Shown piece by piece: positions 1 through 7,687 of a stretch of 28,359 nt of DNA. The translations under genes and the position numbers were made by a program. The notes below the pieces were generated by a model. That model worked only from the letters and a program-made list of their open reading frames with translations. It did no database searches and had not been told where the DNA came from. How positions within the stretch are numbered: the first letter of the stretch is position 1; every line of letters begins with the position of its first letter. This DNA is from Promethearchaeota archaeon (GTDB lineage: Archaea > Asgardarchaeota > Lokiarchaeia > Sigyniarchaeales > SOKP01), in assembly GCA_013375475.1 (NCBI GenBank), contig JABXKD010000035.1:1-28359 (forward strand), given 5' to 3'.

Positions 1-380
1 TAGAAAAAGAAAGTATCTGGTCCGTTTTCAATTAAAATTAGTTCAATGTAATATATCTTAGATTCTGAGGCTGTGTAGTTGATGTAAGGATTATCTTCTA
101 TACTATAAATTATTGCTACGTCAAAAATATCTGGATTAAGGCTATTATCAAGATTTATGAAAGATTCAGTAGGACGCTCATCGTAAAGAAATAGGTTGAA
201 GTTTCCTTCATCGATGTGAGTTACATTAATTACAATATTTTCATCGGCTTCTAAGTGAACGAGAAAATAAACAGAAATCCCGTTGTTTATATTATCTATA
301 TGCTCAAAGCCAGAAACGCTTACAGTTGGGATTAATGTCATTAAAGTAAGAAGAGTAATTGCGAGATACTTTCGTTTCAT
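1..380 (-). CDS. Secreted/surface protein with N-terminal signal peptide, 3' end truncated by the window edge
   Basis: Absent from the ORF track. Manual translation from ATG at 380 gives MKRKYLAITLLTLMTLIPTVSVSGFEHIDNINNGISVYFLVHLEADENIVINVTHIDEGNFNLFLYDERP..., open to position 1. Basic n-region, hydrophobic h-region, then an acidic beta-rich sequence. Confidence 0.8.
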   Translation of the reverse strand, partial: MKRKYLAITLLTLMTLIPTVSVSGFEHIDNINNGISVYFLVHLEADENIVINVTHIDEGNFNLFLYDERPTESFINLDNSLNPDIFDVAIIYSIEDNPYINYTASESKIYYIELILIENGPDTFFF

Positions 381-480
381 AGTCTTGGTTATGTAATAAT
401 TTTAAGTTTGATATAACGTTTAAACAAAATTAAGCTTTATTGAAATTTGAAACACGAAAATAAGTGTGAGCGTACTGAAA

Positions 481-1362
481 ATGGATAAAATTTTATTACA
501 AAATTTAGAGTTTGGCAAGTACCATGGTCTTGGTAACGATTATATAATAATAAACAATTTAAAATATGGAATTCCTGACGATAGAAAATCAGATTTTGCA
601 AAAATATTATGTAGGCATCATTTTTCTATTGGGGCTGATGGAGTTTTATTCGTATGTCATCCTAAAAAAACAGATGTGAGGATGAAGATGTTTAATCCCG
701 ACGGTTCTCAAGCTGAGATGTGTGGTAATGGAGTTCGATGTTTTGCGAAATTTCTATACGAAAACGATATTTATAAAAAAGATAAAATAGAGATTGAAAC
801 GCTTAAGGGGATTGTTATTGCTGAACTCACTGTCATTAATGATAAAGTTGACATAGTAACAATTGATATGGGTATTCCGACTTTAGACTGTGAAAGTATT
901 CCAGTTAATTTAGAAAGCCTGGTAAATCAATGCGTTAACGAACCAATAGTAGTTTTAGATAAGATTTTTAAATTTACTGCAGTATCAACAGGTAACCCTC
1001 ACGCTGTCATTTTTTCAAAAGATGTCATTAATGACGAGGATTTAAATAAGTATGGTGCTGCAATCGAGTCTAACATCCTTTTTCCAAAAAAAACCAACGT
1101 GGAATTTGTAAAAGTATTATCCAAAGAAGAAGCTATTCTGAGAGTTTTTGAAAGAGGGGTTGGTGTAACTAATTCTTGTGGAACTGGTACGTGCGCTGCT
1201 GTGGTTGCAGGGACTACAATAGGATTGTTTAGTAAAAATACTCCAGTTACAGTTCATAATGACGGTGGTGATTTGAAAATCACCTATGACGGGAGATCAG
1301 TTTTTATGGAAGGTCCAGCTGTAAAAGTGTTTGATGGAGTAATTGAAGAGATTGAATTTTGA
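481..1362 (+). CDS. dapF: Diaminopimelate epimerase
   Basis: Motifs KYHGLGNDY, GADG, EMCGNGVRC, GNPH, ERGVG and SCGTG (both catalytic Cys). Start is ATG 481 or GTG 466. Confidence 0.96.
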   Translation: MDKILLQNLEFGKYHGLGNDYIIINNLKYGIPDDRKSDFAKILCRHHFSIGADGVLFVCHPKKTDVRMKMFNPDGSQAEMCGNGVRCFAKFLYENDIYKKDKIEIETLKGIVIAELTVINDKVDIVTIDMGIPTLDCESIPVNLESLVNQCVNEPIVVLDKIFKFTAVSTGNPHAVIFSKDVINDEDLNKYGAAIESNILFPKKTNVEFVKVLSKEEAILRVFERGVGVTNSCGTGTCAAVVAGTTIGLFSKNTPVTVHNDGGDLKITYDGRSVFMEGPAVKVFDGVIEEIEF

Positions 1363-1435
1363 TTTATTTTTATTGATACTTTGATTATTTTTATTTAACG
1401 AAGTAAGTTTTTTATTGTATTTGAGGTAAAAAATT

Positions 1436-2749
1436 ATGAATTATTCTGATTGGCTAAGTAGAAAAGGTTTAGAATATAGAAAAGAGATATTGTATTTTGC
1501 AGATAAAAATACATTGGATATCGCTAACAGTTATGGTACCCCCCTTTATGTAATTAACGAACAAATGATTCGCGAGCGCTACAGAAGCTTAAAAAATGTT
1601 TTAAATCTCGAATATAGAAATAACCAAATAAACTATGCTGTTAAAGCAAATTCAAATCTGTCTGTTCTAAAAATTCTGAATTCAGAAGGAGCCTCCTTCG
1701 ATTGTACATCTATGGGGGAAGTGTACACTTGTTTAAAAGCGGGTATTTCTTCAGAAAAAATAATATTTACAGGTAATATGTTTACCGATACTGATTTTAC
1801 TTTCGCAGTAAATAATGATATATTCGTCAATTTAGATAGCTTAAGCCAATTGAACCGTTTGGTGCGAGTTTATGAGACCTTTGGAAAGGAAAAAAAAGGA
1901 ATCTCGTTTAGGATAAATCCAGAATTTGGAGCAGGACATCATAAGCACACAATTACAGCAGGAAGAGACATAAAATTTGGAATATTAGAAGAACAAACAA
2001 TAGAAGCATATAGAAAAGCTAAAGAAGCAGGCTTTGAGAAGTTTGGCATCCATCAGCATATCGGATCAGGAGTAATAAACGCACTCGATTTTGGAAAACC
2101 AGCTGAAAAATTTATCAGTATTATCGAGAAAATAATAGAAGAGCTCGATATAAAGTTTGAATTTATCGATTTTGGTGGTGGTTTGGGGATTCCTTATCGC
2201 CCAGAAGAAGAACCTTTGGATTTAGAGAGTTATAAAAACTTAGTAATAAAGCCCTTTTTAGATTTAGTGAAGTCAAAAGGTTTAGGAGAACCAATTTTTA
2301 AAATCGAACCGGGACGCTATTTAAGCGCTGAATCTACTATTTTATTAACACAGATAAATACGATAAAGGACAATGGATTTAAACTTTTTGCGGGAGTTGA
2401 CGCGGGCTTTAATACTCTAATTCGCCCAACATTATACAACAGTTATCATCACATAATTCCTTGTGATATAAAAGGAAAAGAGCAGGAGTTTGAATATGAT
2501 GTTGTCGGACCTATTTGTGAGTCAGGAGACATTCTTGGAAAAGCAAGAAAACTAAAAAAATTAAAAGAGGGAGATCATCTTGCTATTCTCGATACGGGAG
2601 CATATGGATTTGTTATGAGTAGCCCTTACAATTCAAGACCTAGACCCGCGGAGGTATTAATTAATAATGAAACTGTTTATGAGATTCGAAGGGCAGAAAC
2701 ATTCGATGATCTTTTAAACACTCAAAAAATTCCAGACCATTTAAAATAA
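1436..2749 (+). CDS. lysA: Diaminopimelate decarboxylase
   Basis: YGTPLYV, PLP-lysine motif YAVKANS, KFG, HIGS, DFGGGLG, EPGR, GPICESGD, GAYG, YNSRPRPAEV. GAGGT RBS upstream. Confidence 0.97.
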   Translation: MNYSDWLSRKGLEYRKEILYFADKNTLDIANSYGTPLYVINEQMIRERYRSLKNVLNLEYRNNQINYAVKANSNLSVLKILNSEGASFDCTSMGEVYTCLKAGISSEKIIFTGNMFTDTDFTFAVNNDIFVNLDSLSQLNRLVRVYETFGKEKKGISFRINPEFGAGHHKHTITAGRDIKFGILEEQTIEAYRKAKEAGFEKFGIHQHIGSGVINALDFGKPAEKFISIIEKIIEELDIKFEFIDFGGGLGIPYRPEEEPLDLESYKNLVIKPFLDLVKSKGLGEPIFKIEPGRYLSAESTILLTQINTIKDNGFKLFAGVDAGFNTLIRPTLYNSYHHIIPCDIKGKEQEFEYDVVGPICESGDILGKARKLKKLKEGDHLAILDTGAYGFVMSSPYNSRPRPAEVLINNETVYEIRRAETFDDLLNTQKIPDHLK

Positions 2750-2767
2750 GAAAAAAGAATTAAATCA

Positions 2768-2774
2768 TTTATAA
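2768..2774 (+). promoter_or_regulatory. Candidate TATA box for the intergenic ncRNA
   Basis: TTTATAA preceded by a purine-rich stretch, about 35-40 nt upstream of the structured element. A second candidate, TTATAAA, lies at 2797-2803. Confidence 0.35.
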
Positions 2775-2806
2775 CGTTAAGTATCACGAGATAGAATTAT
2801 AAAAAA

Positions 2807-2913
2807 GGAAGCTTTAAGGACTGGATACCCTTTAGACCTTCTAGATGAAGAGTTGGCAATATGAAATCTGTATTAAGCAGATTGATGATAATACTGATCT
2901 GCTCTGATCTTTT
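2807..2913 (+). ncRNA. Candidate box C/D-like (kink-turn) small RNA with an extra 5' hairpin
   Basis: Ordered motifs: C-like ATGAAGA (2845-2851), D'-like ATGA (2861-2864), 7-bp hairpin AATCTGT/GCAGATT, C' TTGATGA (2882-2888), CTGA (2894-2897) and D CTGA (2904-2907), then TCTTTT. The 5' hairpin at 2816-2840 uses G-U pairs, which favours the + strand. GC content is higher than in the flanks. Confidence 0.6.
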
Positions 2914-3018
2914 ATAATTTTATCTCTTTCTAAAGAAATATAGTTTTTTTCTCTGATTCTCTTAGAATAGATTTTAAAATTTCACGTGAATTTTATAGTA
3001 AGCCTTCCATGAATGTTT

Positions 3019-3840
3019 TTATAGACTTAAAACATCTTTCATTGAATAAATACGGATTTCATTTTGTTTAGCGATAAATTTAATTGCTTTTATTGCCCCG
3101 GCAGCGAAGCATCCTCTACTATGAGATTGATGTTTCAATTCAATTCTTTCACCGGGTCCAGCGTAGAGAACAGTATGATCGCCAACAATATCACCGCCTC
3201 GAACAGAATGGATACCTATTTCGTTTTTAGCACCCACTTTCCTTTTATTAGGTCCCTTTGAACGTCCAAATTTTATACTTTCCTCTGGATCGCACCTAAG
3301 AGTATCACAGATTGTATTAGCAATCATCAATGCTGTCCCTGAAGGCACATCTGCCTTGCGATGATGATGACTTTCAATTACTTCAATATCCCACTCCTTC
3401 AAGTAGCTTGCTAATATGCTAGAGATTTTAAACAGAATATTGACTCCAGTAGCCATATTTGGTGATATTATAGCTGGAGCTTTGTACTTCTCTACAAGTT
3501 TTTTGAATTTACCTAAAAAATCATCGGACATAGCAGTTGTCCCAATAACGCACCGTATACCATTTTCAACACAAATTAAGCAATTTTTTTCGGTAGCCTT
3601 AGCGACTGTGAAATCGACAACCACATCTGGTTTAGTTTCGCTAATAACTTCTTGAAGATTATTAACATCTTTTATGGTAACCTTATCAGGATCATCGATT
3701 GCAATCAAAGAGCCTAATTTTTTACCTATTTCGGTTAAGTCGCATGCAGCTACAACCTGTATTTCACTATCAGTAATTGCGAGTGAAGAAATTAATTTTC
3801 CCATTGATCCCGTTGGACCTAGTATTAGCAACTTTATCAT
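3019..3840 (-). CDS. dapB: 4-hydroxy-tetrahydrodipicolinate reductase
   Basis: GPTGSMG Rossmann motif, DVVVDFT, VIGTT, SPNMATG, the ESHHHRKADVPSGTA signature, RGGDIVGDH, FAAGA. Confidence 0.96.
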   Translation of the reverse strand: MIKLLILGPTGSMGKLISSLAITDSEIQVVAACDLTEIGKKLGSLIAIDDPDKVTIKDVNNLQEVISETKPDVVVDFTVAKATEKNCLICVENGIRCVIGTTAMSDDFLGKFKKLVEKYKAPAIISPNMATGVNILFKISSILASYLKEWDIEVIESHHHRKADVPSGTALMIANTICDTLRCDPEESIKFGRSKGPNKRKVGAKNEIGIHSVRGGDIVGDHTVLYAGPGERIELKHQSHSRGCFAAGAIKAIKFIAKQNEIRIYSMKDVLSL

Positions 3841-3866
3841 CTCAATCCCTCAATTATACAATTGAT

Positions 3867-4766
3867 CTATATTAAGTTTAGAGCTCTTAATACATTCTTT
3901 ATCTTATCTTGATTTTCTTCTAAAGGCGGAGTTAAAGGTAATCTCATCCTTTTATTCATGATTCCCATTAACTCAGCAGCAAGCTTTACGGGACCGGGAT
4001 TAGTTTCTACGAATAGAATTTTAAATAGATCAAAAAGTTCAAATTGCATTTCCCTTGCTTTGTCCCAATTTCCATTAAGCATAGTACTAGTAAAGTCCAC
4101 TAGTTTTGCGGGTATAATATTAGAGGCTACGCTCACAACGCCTTTACCACCTAGAGCCATTGTGTGATATGTCATTCCGTCATCACCGCTAAGTACTATG
4201 AAATCATCTGGAGTTGTTTTTATAATCGTCGTAATTTGATCTATGTTTCCGCTCGCGCATTTAATCCCTACGATGTTATCTTTTTTATATGCTAACTTTG
4301 ACACTGTTTCCGCCTCTAGATTACGCCCGGTCCTACTGGGAACATTATAAAGAATTATCGGCAAAGAAATTGAATCCGCAACTGTGGAAAAATGGTCGAT
4401 CAGTGAATGTTGGACCGGTTTATTATAATAAGGAACGACCACTAAACACCCGTCTGCGCCTGCACCTTCAGCGTATTGACATAGAGAAATTGCTTCTCTA
4501 GTTGAATTACTCCCACAACCTGCTAAAATAAAGGGATCTTTTCCACTCTTCTTCCCCTCATCAATAGCTATATCCATTGCAACATGATGTTCTTCGTGAG
4601 ATAGGGTTGCAGATTCTCCCGTAGTGCCCATAGTTAGTGGTTGACACCCACTATCAATCTGGAATCTGATAAACTTTCTATATTCTTCCTCGTCTATTAC
4701 CAAATCCTCTGTGAAGGGTGTAATCATGGCAGTAATGACATTTTGTAGTTTTTCTAATTTATTCAT
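3867..4766 (-). CDS. dapA: 4-hydroxy-tetrahydrodipicolinate synthase
   Basis: TAMITPF, GTTGESATLS, PYYNKP, YNVPSRTG, Schiff-base Lys in GIKCAS, SGDD, ETNPGPVK, RLPL. Adjacent to dapB. Confidence 0.96.
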   Translation of the reverse strand: MNKLEKLQNVITAMITPFTEDLVIDEEEYRKFIRFQIDSGCQPLTMGTTGESATLSHEEHHVAMDIAIDEGKKSGKDPFILAGCGSNSTREAISLCQYAEGAGADGCLVVVPYYNKPVQHSLIDHFSTVADSISLPIILYNVPSRTGRNLEAETVSKLAYKKDNIVGIKCASGNIDQITTIIKTTPDDFIVLSGDDGMTYHTMALGGKGVVSVASNIIPAKLVDFTSTMLNGNWDKAREMQFELFDLFKILFVETNPGPVKLAAELMGIMNKRMRLPLTPPLEENQDKIKNVLRALNLI

Positions 4767-4808
4767 AAACTTTCAACTTAGTTTGTAATATTCTGTAGGT
4801 TTTTATTG

Positions 4809-4842
4809 CCTTAATTATTTAAATAAAAAATTCTAATTAAGG
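4809..4842. promoter_or_regulatory. Inverted repeat flanking the putative dapA TATA box
   Basis: CCTTAATTA-N16-TAATTAAGG has perfect 9-bp arms that can be extended imperfectly. The spacer contains TTTAAATA. It lies about 40-75 bp upstream of dapA. Confidence 0.4.
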
Positions 4843-5009
4843 TATAAATTGTTAAAAAACACTTATAAGCATTATTGCTAAGCACATCATAAATAAAACG
4901 CTATAAAATTTGAGATTATTGAACCCGTTTTTGTATTTGAGGAACATGATTTTTTATTTAGTCAAAAAATAAATAAGAAAATGATTATGATTTTGGTATA
5001 AAATTCAAT

Positions 5010-6026
5010 ATGAACATGAAAATTGATTATTTAGATAAATTTTCCGGAACCTTAATAGGAGTAAGCATTGGAGACACCTTAGGTCATCCGTTTGAAGGAA
5101 TGATTAGAGAAAGAATATATTCACATTTTAAGGATTTCAAAGAATTTATGAAAGAAAACAAAAAACTATTCAGAACTTACACAGATGACACTCAACTGAC
5201 ACTGCACACGGCAGAGGCTCTTATCCAGGGATCTGGATTCAATGAAAATAATTTCATTAGGGAATATGTTAGTTGGCTTGACGATCCTCCTATAGGTCCT
5301 GGATTTGGGTGCATATCTTCCATTCGAAAATTAAAATATGGAATTTCATGGAAAAAGGCAGCTTCAAATTCTGGAGGTAATGGCACTGCAATGCGCGTCT
5401 CTCCTATTGGACTATTTTACTGTAAAGATATAAAGAGCTTAAATAGTGCAGCGTTAAAATCAAGCGTAATTACTCATTCACACCCCGCAGCAGCGGCAGG
5501 TGCTATCGTTATAGCAAGAGCAATTGCTTTTCTAATTGATAAATCAATAAAATCTGGTTTTTCTATTGAGGATTTTTTTGAAACCATCATATCCTCAATT
5601 TCTGGCACGCAAGAAAAAATATGGGAAGAATTTATAGAGATTTTAAACAAAGTAAAAGAAAATCTCAACATTTCAGTTGAGGCAGGGTTAATTAAATTCT
5701 CCCAAGCTGGTGTAAAATCTCCTTTCTTTATAGAAGATTATCTAGGTAAAGCTTTTGTTCATCCTTATACACTAAGTACCGTTGCTTGTGCTATTTTCAT
5801 CTTTTTAAAAAACCTTGATTCGTTTGAAGATTGTATTATTCAATTAGCGACTGCGGGGGGTGATAGCGATACTGTCGCTGCCATAGGGGGGAGCTTAGCG
5901 GGAGCTTACTTTGGTATTGGAAATGTTCCAGAAGATTTAATAAATATTGTAAAACAACAAAAATATATTATAAAAGTTAGCGAACAATTATATCTTAAAT
6001 TTAGAGAAAAGTATAGATTGGACTAA
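5010..6026 (+). CDS. ADP-ribosylglycohydrolase (ARH/DraG family)
   Basis: IGDTLG, the YTDDTQ metal-binding motif, GNGTAMRVSP, THSHP, GGDSDTVAAIGG. Confidence 0.93.
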   Translation: MNMKIDYLDKFSGTLIGVSIGDTLGHPFEGMIRERIYSHFKDFKEFMKENKKLFRTYTDDTQLTLHTAEALIQGSGFNENNFIREYVSWLDDPPIGPGFGCISSIRKLKYGISWKKAASNSGGNGTAMRVSPIGLFYCKDIKSLNSAALKSSVITHSHPAAAAGAIVIARAIAFLIDKSIKSGFSIEDFFETIISSISGTQEKIWEEFIEILNKVKENLNISVEAGLIKFSQAGVKSPFFIEDYLGKAFVHPYTLSTVACAIFIFLKNLDSFEDCIIQLATAGGDSDTVAAIGGSLAGAYFGIGNVPEDLINIVKQQKYIIKVSEQLYLKFREKYRLD

Positions 6027-6592
6027 CTAGAATCACTTAAGTAATTGTTCAGCTTTTTTAAACATTTTTTGCATAAATCATGCGGTTTTTTATCTGTATC
6101 ATCTATAGAGTTTGAAAAGCGCATAACACATAGATTTTCGCAATGTTCTAAACCAAACGTATGGCCAAGCTCGTGAATTGCTTCTTTGAAAACTCTTTGC
6201 TCAAATTGAGCTATATCTTCGGTTCTTCTATAAAATTCTTCTCTTAAGCGAGAAACTGAAATTAATGCGCTCCCAAAAGACTTATTTCTAGGTAGATCAG
6301 CAACACCAAATACGAAGTTTAAAAATTTGGAGAAGATATCAACATCCATGACTCCTAAAATGCGATAATATTGTTTATTCTTAACATGAGAGATTAGCCT
6401 TTTTTTAATTTTTAAAGCATCGTATTGTCTTTTATTGGATTCATACTCGGAATCCAGTACAGGGAGCTGGTCAGGAAGGATAACAATTTTAAAGTTATAT
6501 TTTTTAAAGAACCACTTCAAATTCTTTCTAAGAATTATCAATATTCCGGGTTCGATATCTCCAATTTTCTGCAGATAAATTGTTTTCGTCAT
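6023..6592 (-). CDS. amzA: Archaemetzincin (peptidase M54) zinc metalloprotease
   Basis: KRQYDA, DIF...LNFVFG, KEAIHELGHTFGLEHCENLCVMRFS, and the C-terminal DKK...LCKKC Cys motif. Confidence 0.92.
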   Translation of the reverse strand: MTKTIYLQKIGDIEPGILIILRKNLKWFFKKYNFKIVILPDQLPVLDSEYESNKRQYDALKIKKRLISHVKNKQYYRILGVMDVDIFSKFLNFVFGVADLPRNKSFGSALISVSRLREEFYRRTEDIAQFEQRVFKEAIHELGHTFGLEHCENLCVMRFSNSIDDTDKKPHDLCKKCLKKLNNYLSDSS

Positions 6593-6791
6593 TTTAGAGC
6601 TAATTTAAAGAGCTTTCCTAAGGAAGTTAAATATAACCTAATTTATTAGATTTAACAAAAACTGCTTAGATGGAATAAAGAAATAAAAAAATTAAAAATC
6701 GAAAAAAGATTTGGATCATTATTATTGATATTTTATGATTTTATTTTTCATTACGAAAGCATAATTTATCAATTTACTCCTCGAATTTAAT

Positions 6792-6865
6792 GGGAGGGTG
6801 GTCTAGCTTGGTATGATTCCTGGTTTGGGACCAGGTGGCCGGGGGTTCGAATCCCCCCTCTCCCA
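6792..6865 (+). tRNA. tRNA-Pro (anticodon TGG)
   Basis: Acceptor stem GGGAGGG/CTCTCCC plus discriminator A. D arm GTCTAGCTTGGTATGAT. Anticodon stem CCTGG/CCAGG with loop TTTGGGA (TGG at 6826-6828). T arm GGGGG-TTCGAAT-CCCCC. No intron and no encoded CCA. Followed by TTTT. Confidence 0.97.
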
Positions 6866-6936
6866 TTTTCCTACTTCTCTTTCTTAAGGAATGCTAACTT
6901 AAATAATACGAATAGAAGATTTAAAAGGAAAATGGA

Positions 6937-7224
6937 TTATATTTCTGGATATTCTTCTACATTTACTGAATCATTTGGATTAAAGTAAATATCGGGAATT
7001 AATTCTTGAACGGTTGTAAGGAGCGATAACATTATTGCGGGATTATCTGAAGTGATTTTGTAGTATATATGAATACCTAATCTCTTTTTTACTTGAATCT
7101 GATCCTTAAAGAACTGGATTAATTGCTGGACATCTTCTTTAAACTCTTTATTTTTCTCAATCCAAACGAAGATTTGCTTCTTTTTAGTTTTACTATTTGA
7201 TTTAATTTTTAATTTTAATATCAT
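6937..7224 (-). CDS. Hypothetical protein (95 aa, basic N-terminus, acidic tail)
   Basis: ATG-started ORF that fills the gap and has protein-like composition. No recognised motif. Confidence 0.7.
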   Translation of the reverse strand: MILKLKIKSNSKTKKKQIFVWIEKNKEFKEDVQQLIQFFKDQIQVKKRLGIHIYYKITSDNPAIMLSLLTTVQELIPDIYFNPNDSVNVEEYPEI

Positions 7225-7408
7225 AATTATCGAAAAATTTAATTTTTAATTCTTTGAGTATTAGTTATTATTCTTTTATTTCTAATTATAAAAACTTGAA
7301 TATTTTTGATTTTACCTAAGATATACCAAATTTAATCCTTAATTCGTATAAAGGAGAACTACTTAATTAAGTTAAAAAAAAAAGAAAATATGTCTAGTTA
7401 TTAGTTAG

Positions 7409-7687
7409 TTATTCTCTAATCCTTTTTAATTCGATTTTTACAACATTATAACGATCTGGACATTCTAATTCAACTAGATCTGGATTTTGCGACCACGGAA
7501 AAATACCACCAAATTGTAGTGTAATAATGGAGGGAAAAATGTCGTGATAGAAGAAACCACACAATCCTCCAGAATCGTGTCCACTCAATTCGATAATATC
7601 TCCTTTTTTATGATTTGCGTTGCATCGACCTTTAACATCTTTTATGGTACCAACTATTTTATATGTTCTTCTTTCGTTTTCACTCAT
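7409..7687 (-). CDS. TIGR04076-family small Cys-containing protein
   Basis: Pattern VKGRCNANHKKGD...GLCGFFYHDIFP...FGG.FPW...LECPD...VKIELKR. The ATG at 7687 overlaps the polyferredoxin stop (ATGAGTGA). Confidence 0.8.
   Translation of the reverse strand: MSENERRTYKIVGTIKDVKGRCNANHKKGDIIELSGHDSGGLCGFFYHDIFPSIITLQFGGIFPWSQNPDLVELECPDRYNVVKIELKRIRE

Noticed and set aside
2861-2886. Eukaryote-like SECIS element (ATGA-stem-GA core), a type reported in Lokiarchaeota
   Set aside because: The upper helix is only 6-7 bp. lysA ends in TAA, and read-through of the dapF TGA gives only a short low-complexity tail. No in-frame TGA at a Cys position was seen in the upstream genes.
2807-2913. Lysine riboswitch
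   Set aside because: It lies 3' of both lysine gene pairs, is too short, and lacks the conserved L-box sequence elements.
6840-6870. tRNA-Pro 3' end as an integration (att) site
   Set aside because: No duplicate of the tRNA 3' end and no integrase were seen in the window.
7361-7372. Palindrome ACTTAATTAAGT
   Set aside because: It is almost all A/T, and TTAATTAA-type palindromes recur by chance in this AT-rich sequence.
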